A stretch of DNA of 59,642 nt from Negaprion brevirostris (Eukaryota). The notes below the pieces were generated by a model. That model had not been told where the DNA came from. It was given only the letters and a program-made list of their open reading frames with translations, and searched no databases. The translations under genes and the position numbers were made by a program. Positions 1 through 13,045 of this stretch are shown here, in pieces; position 1 is the stretch's first letter, and the number at the start of each line of letters is the position of its first letter. The stretch spans positions 91,006,465 to 91,066,106 of the forward strand of contig JARDVH010000042.1 of the NCBI GenBank assembly GCA_030324005.1, given 5' to 3'.

Positions 1-410
1 TTGTGATACAATCAGAAAGAATGCTTTCTATAGTGCATCTGTAAATGCTGGTGAGAGAGATAACTGACATGCCAAATTTCCTGAGTCTTCTGAGAAAGTA
101 GGGGCTTTGTTAACTCTATTGTTGGCATGGGGAGCCATGACAGGTTGTTGGTGATCTGGACACCTAAAAACTTTAAGCCCTCAATCCTTTCTACTTTGTT
201 CCCATTGATGCACACAGGGGCATGTTCTCCTTTACTCTTCCTGAAGTCAGTGACAATCTCCTTCATTTTGCTGGGAGAGATTATTGTTGCCGTACCAGTT
301 CACCAGATTCTCTATCTCATTCCTGTACTCTGTCTTGTCATTGTTTGAGATCCGACCCACTATGGTGGGGCTGTCAGCAAACTTGAAAATCGAATGAGAG
401 AGTAGAAGCA
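1..410 (-). mobile_element. Degenerate non-LTR retrotransposon RT C-terminal fragment (Rex1/Babar-like)
   Basis: ORF 12..266 KEIVTDFRK..HAPVCINGNKVERIEGLKFLGVQITNNLSW resembles the Rex-type RT end; frameshifted. Confidence 0.7.
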
Positions 411-479
411 CTGTCCAGGAACAATGATTTCCTGTCTGACCAACTCATCCTAGATTTCCTTCAGCTTTTCCCTTAAAAC

Positions 480-1850
480 TACTGGCTCACATCACAAGAC
501 AAGGCGAGGTGAGAATGTAAGCTGGAAGGCAGAAAGAGGTTGCAAAGAAATATAGACAGGTTTGGTGAGTAGGCAGCATGGTGGAGTACAAAGTGGGGAA
601 GTGTAAGTGTTTTGTCATAAGATTTGAAAAGTAAAATTGTTTTTAAAAGATGTGAAACATGTAAACAATGTTCAAAGAGACTTGGGTGAACCTGTATTGG
701 AACACAATAAATTAGCATGAAAATACAGCCAGCTATTAGGGAAATAAATAGCATGATGGTCTTTTTTGCAAGGTGACTGGAGTATAAGAATAAAGAAGTC
801 TTGCTACAGTTGTACAGGGCTTATGAAATTTTCGTCTTCAAACTTAAGGAAGGATATATTTACTTTGGAAACATTACAGAATAGGTACACTAGATTGATC
901 CTTGGGATGAAAGAGTGTCCTATCATGGTAGACTGGATAAGTTGAGTCTATATTCTCTGGAGTTTAACAGAAGGGGAAAGGATTTCATTAAAACATTCAA
1001 GATTANNNNNNNNNNNNNNNNNNNNNNNNNNNNNNNNNNNNNNNNNNNNNNNNNNNNNNNNNNNNNNNNNNNNNNNNNNNNNNNNNNNNNNNNNNNNNNN
1101 NNNNNGTCTATATTCTCTGGAGTTTAACAGAATGGGAAAGGATTTCATTAAAACATTCAAGATTATGAAGGGGCTTGACAGGGTATATATAGTGCCACAG
1201 TGGTTAGCACTAGTGCCTCACAGTGCCAGGGACCAAGGTTCAATTCCAGTTTTGGGTGATTGTCTATGTGGAGTTTACACATTCTCCCCATATCTGTGTG
1301 AGTTTCCTCCAGGTGCTCCACTTTCCTCCCACAGTCCAGAGATATGCAGGTTAGGTGGATTGGCCGTGCTAAATTACTCCTTAGTGTCCCAAGATGTGTA
1401 GGTTAGGGTGGAGTAGTGGGGTAAATATGTGGGGTTACAGGGATAGGATCTTGGTGGGAGACTCCATCAAAGAGTCAGTAGAACTCAATGGGCCAAATGG
1501 CCTGCTTCTGTAGGATTTCTATGATTTCTATACTGAGACATTACATTCCCTAGCCAGGAGAAACAAAGAAAGAGACAGCAGTTTTGGACCAGGAGGCTGA
1601 TCATTTAGGGCTAAAGTGAGCAGAAATTTCATCACTCAGATTATGAACCTTTGGAATTCTCTACCTCATAAGATTATGGATGACCATCACTGAATACATT
1701 TGAGGTTGAAATAGATAGATTGTTGATTTCTCAGGGAGTAGTGTGATAATGGGGAGCAGGCAAGAAAACAAAGTTGAAGCCTAAGATCATCCTTGGTCAT
1801 ATTGAATAGCAGAGCTGGCTTGCCATATGGTCTTATCCTGTAATTATTTC
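480..1850 (+). mobile_element. Degenerate CR1-like (HER1-type) LINE 3' fragment interrupted by a SINE
   Basis: Carries CR1 RT-end motifs (LQRNIDR, RLDKLSLYSLE, FKIMKGLDRV) and resumes after about 1530 with the typical 3' end. Confidence 0.75.
1190..1530 (+). mobile_element. tRNA-derived V-SINE (HE1-like), nested in the CR1 fragment
   Basis: A/B-box head (cagtggttagcact...ggttcaattcc), V-core (gtggagttt..cattctcccc..ggtgctcc..tttcctcccacagtcc) and CR1-like tail (atgggccaaatggcct..ttctatga). Confidence 0.8.
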
Positions 1851-1911
1851 TGATGCGACATGTTAATCTGGATCTATTCAACAAGTTTGATACAGTACTT
1901 GTACAATACTG

Positions 1912-2075
1912 GGGCAACACAGTGGCACAGTAGTTAGCACTGCTGCCTCACAGTGCCAAGGACTTGGGTTCGATTTCCGGCTTGGGTCACTGTCTATGTG
2001 GAGTTTGCACAGGTTTCCTCTGGGTGCTCCAGTTTCTTCCCACAGTCCCAAGCTGTACAGGTTAGGTAGATTGGC
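1912..2075 (+). mobile_element. HE1-like V-SINE, truncated by an assembly gap
   Basis: Same head and core as 1190-1530, with an internal deletion. Confidence 0.8.
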
Positions 2076-2647
2076 NNNNNNNNNNNNNNNNNNNNNNNNN
2101 NNNNNNNNNNNNNNNNNNNNNNNNNNNNNNNNNNNNNNNNNNNNNNNNNNNNNNNNNNNNNNNNNNNNNNNNNNNGAAGAAGGCTGACCTTTGATCTGTC
2201 AACGGCTCTGACTTTTTAAGCGAATGTGGGTTTGATCACAGGAGATAAAGCTGCATTTTCTTCATTTTAATGTCCTGTGGGGACCAGGTTTCTGGACTGA
2301 CTTTGATTGTTGCTTTTACTCTGACAGCATTTTTCTTTTTGTGGTTGCGAGATTGTTAGAGTTTGCGGTACTTTAGCAAAATAAACAGGGCGATTTTCAA
2401 CAGGGAGAGTCATGTCTTTGAAACGTTTTTTCAGCAAGTGCAGCAGCTGCAAACAAATCATTAGGACTCATTTTAACCATACGCTTTTGGCTGATTTTCG
2501 GAAAGATTTTATCATGGTGGTTGTGACTGGGAGTGAGTGAATCCCACAGTAGTGCTGCATCAGTAAAGGTTCACCAAAGCCACTCAACGCTTCTGTCAAT
2601 TTACCCACCTATCAAGGTACTTCCTTGTCATTTGTGGAGCAGTACAG

Positions 2648-3056
2648 GGGCACAGTGGTTAGTACTGCTGTCTCACAGCACTGGGAACCTGGGTTCAATT
2701 CCCGGCTTGGGTCACTGCCTGTTTGGAATCTGCATGTTCTCCCCATGTCTGCGTGGGTTTCCCCGGGGTGCTCCAGTTTCCTCCCACACTCCAAAGATGT
2801 GCAGGTGTGGTGGATTGGACATACTGAATTGCCCCTTAATGTCCAAAGATGTATGGGTTAGGTGGATTGGCCATGGTAAGTTTCCCCTTTGTGTCCCAAG
2901 ATGTGCAGGTTAGGTGGATTGACCATGCTAAATTGCCCCTTAGTGTGTAGAGGACTAGCTAGGGTAAATGCATGGGATTAGACCCCAGCTGGGGTAATGG
3001 TCGGTGCAGACTCGATGGGCCAAATGGCCTCCTTCTGCACTGTAGGATTCTATGAT
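2648..3056 (+). mobile_element. HE1-like V-SINE with internal triplication
   Basis: Head, core and tail as above, with three copies of a ~52-bp unit at about 2791-2946. Confidence 0.8.
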
Positions 3057-3309
3057 ACTTTCATTCAACTTGTCCTAACCCTCCGATCACTGAATACCTG
3101 AGGATGTTTCAGTATTAAACACTCCTGAAAATGGCTTGTAGTCATGGATTACATATCCCATTACTCCAGTAGGTGATGTTCTATTGATTTCATCATTATT
3201 TTTGTGTGTAATCATGTTCATGCGCAGACAGGATGTCCTGCCCGGCAGAAATCTTATAGTTAATATAATTTATTCTTGCATGAGATATGTGTATCACTGA
3301 CAAAACTAG

Positions 3310-3640
3310 GATTTGTTGCTCATCCCTAATTGCCCTTGAACTGAGTGGCTTGCAAGGTCATTTAAGAGGGCAATTAGGGATTCGAACATATTACTACAGA
3401 TTTGTAATCACAGGGAAGCTGAACCAAACCAGATAAGGATGGTAGATTTTCTTCCCTAAAGGGCAGTAGCGGGTTTTTACAACAAATCAATGACATTTTC
3501 ACGGTTACTATTACTGAGACTCCAAATTTATTAATTGAATTTAAATTCCACCAGCTGCAGTGGTGGGATTTAAACCCACGTCCCTAGAGGATTAGTCTGG
3601 GTCTTTGGAATACCAGTTCAGTGACATCACCAATACACCA
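3310..3640 (-). mobile_element. SINE-like repeat with a LINE-derived tail
   Basis: catccctaattgcccttga is the reverse complement of the LINE 3' end at about 23365-23390. A related copy lies at about 42730-43035. Confidence 0.6.
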
Positions 3641-3899
3641 TGAAGCTCATCAGTAGATGTGCTCATTAATATCCCAGCCAGTTCATATGGTCAATATGTT
3701 GAACCAGAATTCATACTTGTCTAATAATGAGACTTGTTCCTCCATATTTTACATTCGGTGAATTAAACGGTTCCTTCTTTGCAAGCATAAAATTTCCTGT
3801 TGCTTTTTAATATAGATAGAGCAGAATTATGTTATGTTGTGCACCCAGGTTTATTTGGAATCTTAGGTAATTTCCAGACTTAATTGTAATACTCCTTGA

Positions 3900-4500
3900 G
3901 TTATCCAAAATCAACAGAACACGCTAATGACAAATAATTCTGTTGCTCTTGATTCTTCATCTACTGCCCTCGCTGTCTCTCTGTATGCACATGATGCTTT
4001 TCCGTGGCATTTTTCTGAGAAAGTTTTTCGCATTTTTTGAAAATCTATCGAACAGTTGGGTACAGTTCTCTTTTGTGGAACCTGTGCTTCTCCTCAGAGC
4101 TGCAGCACTCCCATGTCTTTGGGTTTTTTTAGCATTGACCCAAAGTTTTCCTCTCTCATATCTTGAGATTTCCTTGGCTTTAAGTATCACAATCACATTA
4201 TACTCTTTTGGCTTCTCAGTAATTTTAAGGTATTCCAACATGTGTTTGAACCTCATCCATCTTCAATGAAGCCATCTTCAACATTGGCCTCTTGAAGCCC
4301 TTTCTCTCACATCCATAATTCCAAACACAAGCCTGTCTCTAAATATCTCAACTGTGTTATTCCTTTTGTGAGTTTTCCCAGGGCTAAATACAATATTGGT
4401 CATATGTTTCACCAACTTAGGCCTCTGAATTTGTGCAATGCATTGTCTACAGGCTTTTAAACCCACAATTGCAATTCCTTAATGCCGACGTCATGTTCTC
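3900..4500 (-). mobile_element. Possible highly degraded Gypsy-like gag remnant
   Basis: FRDRLVFGI resembles the LRDRLVCGI motif of Gypsy gag. The ORFs are broken and no LTR is seen. Confidence 0.3.
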
Positions 4501-6839
4501 TCCTATCCTTTTTCCACCTTTGCTTCCCCTAGGCTCAGCACCTACCTTCCATTAAATAATTCATCCTGTTACTTGTGAAAATGCATTAATCACAATATAC
4601 ACAACATTGGATACAAACTTCCATAAGGCTACAAGACAGCAATGTTCTAATCACACAGAATATCTTCAATCAAAGTCAAAGGCTTGCCTCAGCCTCACGC
4701 ATCCATTAATACAAAGCCTTAAGCAAACAAACTGTAGCCATTTTAAACATTAGTAGATGTATAATTCAGAAACACCCAACACATTACAGGTCAAGAGTGT
4801 AATCCAATCTACAAATGTAGATTATGTTCATGAACAGGTCTCACTTCATAATTGTAGTTTATCAATGCCCTTTGATCCTGTGATTAGATTATTGCTTGTA
4901 ATTCCTTTGCTCATATCTCTTATTCTATAGTCACAATAATCAATAGTCACTGAGATAGCTTCTTGTGAGAGCATATTACAGGGTGAATAAACCATGTTTG
5001 CTGACATCATTGTTCACATACAATGAAATCAGGACAGAAATATGCACTGTTCTATTTAACTGTAGTGAAACATTTCTGCATTATTCTATATTAAACACCT
5101 TGAGGACTACAAGATTCATCTCTCTACATAAGCTAGATTTAACATGTTCTCCTGATTCAGAGAATTCCATCAATTCAGGGAGCTTTATCCATTTCCCTGG
5201 TTTCTCTTTCTTTCTCTCTCTTTCCCCATTCTTTGTGATGAAGCGCTGCTGGAATAATTGATTTCCTGATTTTCAAAGTACTATTTTTGAGTTGTTCTGA
5301 GCAAAGCCATCCCCTAAAGTAATCAAATATTTCTGTCATTTAAATTAGATCAAGAAAATATTTACCAAAATATCATTATCGGCATCACGAACATCAATCG
5401 ACACTTTTGGAGCTCCTGTTGCTCTTTAAAGCAAGAAACCTTGGTGTGTGTTAGACGGTCCGCACACAGTCTTTCTTTCATTGACTTGTTCTGTACTATC
5501 ACTGCATCATGGCTTGCTGCTAATTCAAGGATAAGCCCATCCATCGTTTGATGGCATCTTCTGATGATGTTTTGCCCATTGAGATTCTAACTCATGCTCT
5601 CTGGGAACTCATCTGCCCGAAGTTGTTGACATTTTCTGGAGGAGGCCAGGTTACTCATCGACCAGTAGCACTTTGTGTTTACCATTCTCAGGTAGCTCAC
5701 CATCCATGGTCATTATGATAACATGGTTTAAGCCTACAACTGACTAGCTAAACACGTCTTGTGTAATACAAATTTACTTAATACTGTCTAGTCAAATACT
5801 GGAAAGTAGCTCCTGAATTCATTTTCCTACCAGTTAATAAATTCTTTTTATTGTCTCTGCAATATATCTCTGTTCTTGTCTGGTTGTGCTGCATGTCTTT
5901 TTTTACAATATCTTCGATCTCCATCTCTTGTTCCCCTATTTTTTTCAAATCCATATTAGCCTGTGTGCTCACTCCCAGGATCTGCTTATTCTCTCAGATT
6001 CAACCTTTTGCTAAGTTTTGTCACCTTTCCTCCCTTGCAGACTCTTTCATACCAACTCTACCACTCCACAATTTAATTTTAATTAAACTAAAACAAACAA
6101 AAAGATTCCCTCTATCTTTCTGATACCCACCCGCTATTTTGCTCTGCTGCAGTGAAAGCAACATCTTAGACAAAAAGCTCTTGGTATCTCCAGCCTTCAC
6201 TTGTAAGCCACTTCTTTTTCTCCACTGATCATGAATATCCAGGCCACTGCTGGTTACATCAATCTTCTACAGTGTTTTGAATAGAGCTGCATAGTTACAG
6301 TGGCCCATACTTCACTCCTGCTCCATTATTCAAGATAACTGCCACAGGTTAGTCTAAAAAACATGGCTTTTTGATTTCACTTCTATTTTCCAATTTCCTT
6401 TCTCTGCTTTGTTTGTTGCATGTTCCATCACTTATATTTACGTCTTTTGTTCATCCTTAATTTTTATTCTCTTTTCCATTATCTTCCTGTGCTCCCTGCA
6501 TCGCCTCAGTTCCTGTTTACCTCATTTCTCTTTTCCTATTTGAAGTCCTTTATTTTTTTCTGTCCGGCATTTCAATTCTTTTTACTTTTCCACTCTTATA
6601 CTCTGTCACCCTTCTGTATTTTTCTCATGCTTGTTGCCCTTTTCTCTTTCCCTCTTTGCTCTATGTTCACTGTTTTTTCCTCTAAATTTTATTTTGCTAT
6701 TTTTTCCTTCTTTCTTCAGCAAGCATAAAAGGTCAACAGAATTGAGTGTGAAATACAGTAACAATTGGAGAGGGCATTAGGGAAACAGCCCACCAGAGCA
6801 GACAAAGGATCAACAGACCGGGGGGTTAGGCAGCAAAGC

Positions 6840-6985
6840 AAACAATCAGATCGCAGGCAACAAATCAACAATCAGAGAAAGAGCAAGCAATGCTGCAATG
6901 ATCAGAGAGAGCAAGCGACAGAACAAACAATCAGATCAAGGAAAACTGATTAACAATCAGAGAGCAGGCAACAGAATAGCAACAA
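6840..6985 (+). repeat. Degenerate ~27-30 bp minisatellite (aacaatcagagagcaggcaacaga-like)
   Basis: About five recurrences of caatcaga/gatcaga with similar flanks. Confidence 0.6.
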
Positions 6986-7210
6986 CAACTTGCATTTCTA
7001 TAGCACTTTAACATACAAAATCAGCCCAAGGTGCTTCTCGGGAGCATTATCAAATAAAAAAAATGACAGTGAGCCACATAAAGAATTATTAGCACAGATA
7101 TTTTGTCAATGAACCAGGTCTGAAGGAGTCTCTTAAAGGAGAAGAGAGAAGCAGAGATAAAGAGATTTAGGGAGGGAATTCCAGAATTGAAGGTCTTAGC
7201 AGCTAAACAT
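6985..7210 (-). mobile_element. L2-like LINE 3' end fragment
   Basis: aacttgcatttctatagcac...ttagggagggaattccaga is the reverse of the L2-type 3' end. Compare 54810-55220 on +. Confidence 0.6.
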
Positions 7211-9769
7211 CAAGTCAAGTGATTTCACAATTGAGCAACAGTCCAAGAGCACAGATGGGAAGACTGCATGTCAACTCATTAGAATTGTAATGCTTTACAT
7301 TAGGTGCCAGGCCTTTGCGCATGCAAAATATTTAGTTTGCATCTGAAAGCTTACAAAAATAAGGGCTCTACTAGCCTGATAAAGAGGAAGGCGATTGCAG
7401 ATTAGGAAAGTTAAAGATTTTTGGAGTTGCTATATGGTGCAGCTTGCTGTCGATATGAGACAAGGAGGCCTATGGAACTAAGTTCATAGACAAGTGTAAT
7501 ATTTTATTATATTGCTGCTGATTGTTTTGAAAATTGTACTGGAGTGCCTCAATCTTGAAAAATACTTCCTGTTGGAATACAACTGTGGCATATTTTTGGC
7601 AAAGTACAATGTGGAAAGAGAATCATAGAGAATCAAGAGAAAGGTTTGTGCAACATGATAGATGAATGAGCGAACAGGGAATAAACAGTTAAAAAAAAGA
7701 GATTTAAATATTTAACTAATGTGGAAGAAAATTGACATTGATTTACAGCCTTGATAAAGATAATAGACCAGAAATTATAATGTGTGTACATGTGTCGGCA
7801 AATTTGCATTTTTTTACAGTATGGTTCTCAGAAAGAAATAGAACACTTGTTGCACACAATTGTGAATCATATATTTTTACAAATTAGGGAAGATTTGTAT
7901 GAACAAATGACAAAGAAAAAAACCTTTGTTATTTTTCTTATGACTTGTCATTTTCTGAACTTTTAGATCAAGGATGTGTTTTTATTTTTTTTTTATTTCT
8001 GGCATTTACATGAAGGGGCTGACAAGCACCAAACCCAATGATGTAATACATTCAGAAAGTGCTTGGTTTACATAGAGGTACAAAATTGAACAGATGCCCC
8101 AGTTTCAGCACACTCAGCAGTACTGCAGGCATATGGAAGTGAAGCAACTCAAGAATAAAATGTACCAAATGGCTTACGTTCCACTTAAGCCTGCAGTTTT
8201 AGAAAAGCCAATTTAACGCTCACAGCATTTTTGAAATTTGTTTCAAATGATATGCTAACAAGTGCTGAATAAGACACAGGTCAGCCCCAAATGTACACTA
8301 CTTTGCTTCCCATGTTCAGTCTACAATAGATTATCAGTATCTGTTGATTTATTTCTTTGAGGACAAAATGGTGCAGCTTCTGTCTAATTAAGTCCATTAT
8401 ATTAAAGTAATGAGGAAAATATGGTGTTAGGTTTCCAGATCCAACATTAGAATCAATGCTAGTAATATTTGTAAAAGCAATTGTGAACAGCAGAAGACTT
8501 ACACTGAATATTAGGCACAAATTGGAAATATGCACCATTGTGTGAAGGCTCAAATGATACTAATACTGAAGGTCTTTAGCTTAAGTGTCTCTGTGACATA
8601 TTTTTTGTTGCATGCTTGGATGGAATTGCCACATATGACATGGAGTTTAAGAAGACATCCCCTCATATGAGCAATTCCACAATATACTTTTAAAGCTTAT
8701 AGTGGAATAGGCTGTTCAGCTCCCTGACATCTCAGGAACAGAAGTGCACGCTTTAGTAAAATAATCTGTGAAGTGTGGCATCCTGCCATTACTACACTGT
8801 CTCTAGAGTGGAGTTATTGGCTGCCGACCACAGTGCCAATTCAGATGGAGCTGAATGCAGTGCCAATTACTTTTTTTAATTTGCTGCCACTTGACATAAC
8901 CCATTAATGGAACTGGTCCTGTCCCATCACACCTCAGTGTTACAGCGCAGCGTGCCACAGTTGTGATTCCAGATCTGCAGCTTTTTACATGCTCTTATTG
9001 TACTATCAATGTGGAGATGATGTGCCTGTAAAATAATGTCTGAAATACTTGCATTAGTTTGTAACATCTGATGTGCTTAGCCCCATTTCATTGAAGGGCC
9101 AGTAGTATCACAAACAGAACTATCACTGATAATATTGGGAAAAGGAGCCTGCAGCTCAATCAAGACTTTTCCCTTGTTCCTGATCCCAACCATCAGAAAT
9201 AGGGAGTGGCTCATCAAGAGACCTAGCTGCTATAAGAGGTGATAATTTTCTCCGCATCACATCTGAAGCACAGCACTCCCTACAAACCCAGAAAGCCAGT
9301 TATGGTCCATAGTAGGTTAGGCCCTCTCAAATCTGTTGTGAATGCTAAACAACATACAATGCCAAAGGTGTTTGTACGAATGGTGCTACTTATAGGGGAA
9401 AGGTGGGGTGGGAGAATTTGGACTCTAAGAGCCAGCAAAAGAATGAAGGGTCAAATGGCCTTCTTTTCTGATGTATGACTACAGCCCATTTCCTTACCTA
9501 ACTTGTCACCTTATCCCAATCTCTTATTTCTCCAGAAATGTATCCAATCGTGTATTGAGCCTGCATATACTGTTTAATGGTCATTCCTACAACCTAGAGT
9601 GAAAATTTATCCCTGAATTCCAAATGCCTCATTCTTAACTCTCATCTCTTATTATTAGTATTCATCAACAGTTTGTGAGAATTTGTTTTGTTCATTCCTT
9701 TTATAATCTTGAAGTCTCTCCATTTCTAAACAGAAATAGTTCAATTTTCTTTACATTCCTTGCCTCTGT

Positions 9770-10140
9770 AGTAGCTCTCACCTCTGGGTCAGAAGGATGT
9801 GGATTCCTCCAGAAGGTCTGAGTCCAGTCTTTCACTTCACAGCATTACTGGGGGAATGCTGTATTGTCATGTGTGCTGCTTTTCAGATCAGAAGTTAAAC
9901 CATGGGCCTGCTCTCCCAGGGCACCGTAAAGGTTCTGATGAGAGCTGAGGAATTCGCTTTGGTGTCAGAGCCAACATATATCCCTTCACCACTATCACTA
10001 TCTGGTCTTTATCTCATTTGCTGTTTGTGGGGCATTCCTTTGCACAAATTGTTTATGGCCGTTATTTACATTATTANNNNNNNNNNTTAAGTGTTTAATA
10101 GGAAATAAAGTACTTTGCGATGTTTGAGGTTGCGATAATC
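9770..10140 (+). mobile_element. DeuSINE-like element (SacSINE1-type)
   Basis: tRNA-like head (ctctcacctctgggtcagaagg), core (tatctggtc..atctcattt.gctgtttgtggg) and L2-like tail. Homologous inverted copies lie at about 12780-13045 and 24450-24860. Confidence 0.6.
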
Positions 10141-11828
10141 TTTCCTTATGATCTTTGTCACTCGCCTTCATACCTTTAACAAGCAATTCCTATCAATCCG
10201 TCCTTCTTATCAATAAATGGCCAAAATAACACTCGGGTTTTTAAAGAAACTTGATATTTATTCAATAAAAAAGCAGGAATTGTGCTGCTCTGGCAGAGTG
10301 GGGTTCTCGTATCGAGCACAGGGAGGCTCTCTGCGGTTAAATATTTCAAATGTTAGTTCATAATAGATTTGGCCTCAAACATACGCTTTTGCCAATTCCT
10401 CAGGGTAGTGGCTTCAATTGGTCTCTCAGGAAAATATTCACAGGACGGATTGTCATTGTCTAGCCCGGCAGGGTCAGTGAGCGGAAACACTCGGGGAGAT
10501 CAAAGCAACAGCAGCGAACTCTCTGGGAGGGATTGGTTCACCAAGCGGTTCTTCATGCAACCAAGCTCCTTTAATAATGAATGAATCTCCAACAACGTTC
10601 ATAGCACCGAAATTTCATTAAGCGATTAACGACAAATAAAAGCTTCCACCTCGAGCCATCTGGTGACTGCAACCTAAGAATGATAAAGGGCGGACACGAT
10701 AAGGTGTGGAGCTGTGACAGCTTCGCCTGTGCCGCAGAGATCCTACACTAAGTCAAAGGCACTTTGCCTCAGTTTTGCAAAAATACACTTTCGATCGGGT
10801 GTGCAGGCTCCGTTGATGGACTGCAACTGAGGCTGCTTTATTGAAGCAAAGCGTTTCTAGTCCTGCTGCTACATTAATTACAGTGAAATGTAGAAGAGAG
10901 AACTCCTATGGTCACTCAGATTGTCAGGGGTAAATGGCCTGCATTAATCAGCAGATAACTCCTTTATAAAGGCCCTCCTCCCTTTAAACTTAGATGAGGA
11001 ATGAAGGCCCCCTCTTTTGTATAGCAATCCACGACAGATGTCCTTGTGCTGAGACACAGCAACAGCTCTCCCACCAAGGCACAACATCTGCTCCAAGTCC
11101 ATTTACTCCAGGAAACAGAGAAGGGAAAATTGCTCTTTAATTCATGCAAAAGCCCTACAGACATTGCCTTCCGTTTATCCCTGTCAACCAATGTTCTGTG
11201 ACCCACTGGGTTAAGCGCGAAGCTAATCTGAGAACAATCAAGTGCAAGTAAATACAGAAAGAGTAACAATGGTTTTTTTTTAAATCAGTCCAGTTCCTCC
11301 AGGTCAATTGCCTCATGGGGCAAAAACAAAGTGAGATTGTACAGGTCAGATGGAACTGGTGGATATGAATATTCTAGGAATACAGGACCAGCACCACTGC
11401 AGGTGACTGTAAAAGAGCAGCACTATTACAGGGGTCACAAGTACAAAGACCAGAATCAAGACAACTGCTGTCCTGCTGTAAGACGTATTAATTCCTGCAC
11501 TATATTCCAGGTCTGAAATAGAAAGACTTTCCATTTACACTATTCACCTTCACAGTCACAACTCCTTCACAGCCACCGAATTGCTTGTTTTTTTAAGTGT
11601 TTTGTAGACAAATGTATCAATCAATTACACATAGCAAGATGTGACAAACAACAAACAGATAAATGACCAACTGGTGGTCCAAATTGCCATGGATTGTTTG
11701 TCCACCTGAAAGAGCAGGTGCGACTTCAGTTTTATATACAATTGGAAAAGGGGCCTTGCAGTTATATATTTCCTTTCACAAACTTGGGATTTCCGAAATG
11801 CTTTATAGCCATTATCTGCATTTTCATT

Positions 11829-12726
11829 GGACGGAATCTTGTGTGCCTGACCTGCTGCCTGGGAAAGCTGTGAGACACCCAGGCTGACTCTGAGGCAGCA
11901 GGCAAAGGCTTGCCATATCTTCCACCCACCAGGACAGCAGCAAGCCATCCTCCAGACCCCAGACCCTGGGAGACAACTGCCCGCCAAGAGCTGCCAACAA
12001 TTAAGAGGCTAGCATCTCCTGCACCCGGCAGAGGACAGCAGGGCTGCTGCCAGAATACCCACTCCCAGGACAGTGGAGAGTCCTAGGAGAAAGATAAATG
12101 CTGCTGGCCTTTTCTTGTCAGCTTGGATCATGATTTTCTCTTGAGTGGAGACAGTGAATTGGGTTCAATTTGTCTTTTGGAGCAAGCAAAGAGATGGCTT
12201 TGTAACTTCAAGAATTTTTTTAAAGAAGTTGGGAATGGGGAGGGAGGGTGTGTGGATAAGGGAATTGCAGCTAGGGAAGGGGCAGGTCGTCAGTGGCCAT
12301 CCCCATGCCCCATCTCCATACCCTCAATCATGCACAGATTAGTGCAGATCAAGGCACTATCCCCCTTAAGCTGACGTGTAGCCCCCACAGTTTACCAAGC
12401 ACACAGGCCACATGTCGGCAGGCCCCCTTGGAGCCATGGAGGTTGCAGCAAAAACGGGAAGAGGCCCGTAAGAGGCCATAAATTGGCCACTTAAGTGGTT
12501 CAAGTAGAGGTAGGAGCAGAAAGATTGAGCACTAAGTCTTCTCAGCCAAAACATCCCAGAAGGAAAAAAAGCAGTAACATGGGGAAATAAGAATACTGGT
12601 TCAGACTGCTTTTTGCTTCCAGAGGAGGCAGAAAGGCATCAGGTATCAGTACTGGTGCCAACCCACCAAAGTTTCAGGCCCATCTGCCTGCCTCTTTGCT
12701 CGAGGCAGGGGCAGAAGATTCCAGCC
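11829..12726. mobile_element. MITE-like non-autonomous element with short imperfect TIRs
   Basis: Starts GGACGGAATCTT and ends AAGATTCCAGCC (reverse complement GGCTGGAATCTT). The interior is GC-richer and non-coding. Confidence 0.45.
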
Positions 12727-12779
12727 ACAGTAGCTATTATAATATAGGACGCCAATGTGTGTATAGACAACTATGATAT

Positions 12780-13045
12780 GATGGCCAGATAATTTGATTT
12801 AGTGATGCAATATTGGGTGAGGGGAAAATATTGTCTGGAATACAAAAAAGAAATGGTCTGTCCTTCTTCAAATACTACTATGGGACCTTTTACCTCTAAT
12901 CAAAGGGAACATCTCATTGAAATGCTGCACTTCTGGCACTGTAGCATTCCCTCAGTATGGCACTTAAGTATCAGCCTTGATTGTGTGCTCAAATCCTGGA
13001 GTGGAATTTGAATCCACAGTCTTCTGATTCTGAGGTGAACATTGC
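12780..13045 (-). mobile_element. DeuSINE-like fragment
   Basis: Reverse-complement similarity to 9770-10140. Confidence 0.55.

Noticed and set aside
946-1165. 60-bp direct repeat on both sides of a gap
   Set aside because: It flanks an exactly 100-N placeholder gap with one mismatch. This is most likely a contig overlap or heterozygous assembly artefact.
1190-1270. tRNA-like A/B boxes in several places
   Set aside because: They are SINE heads continuing into V-SINE cores, with no full cloverleaf.
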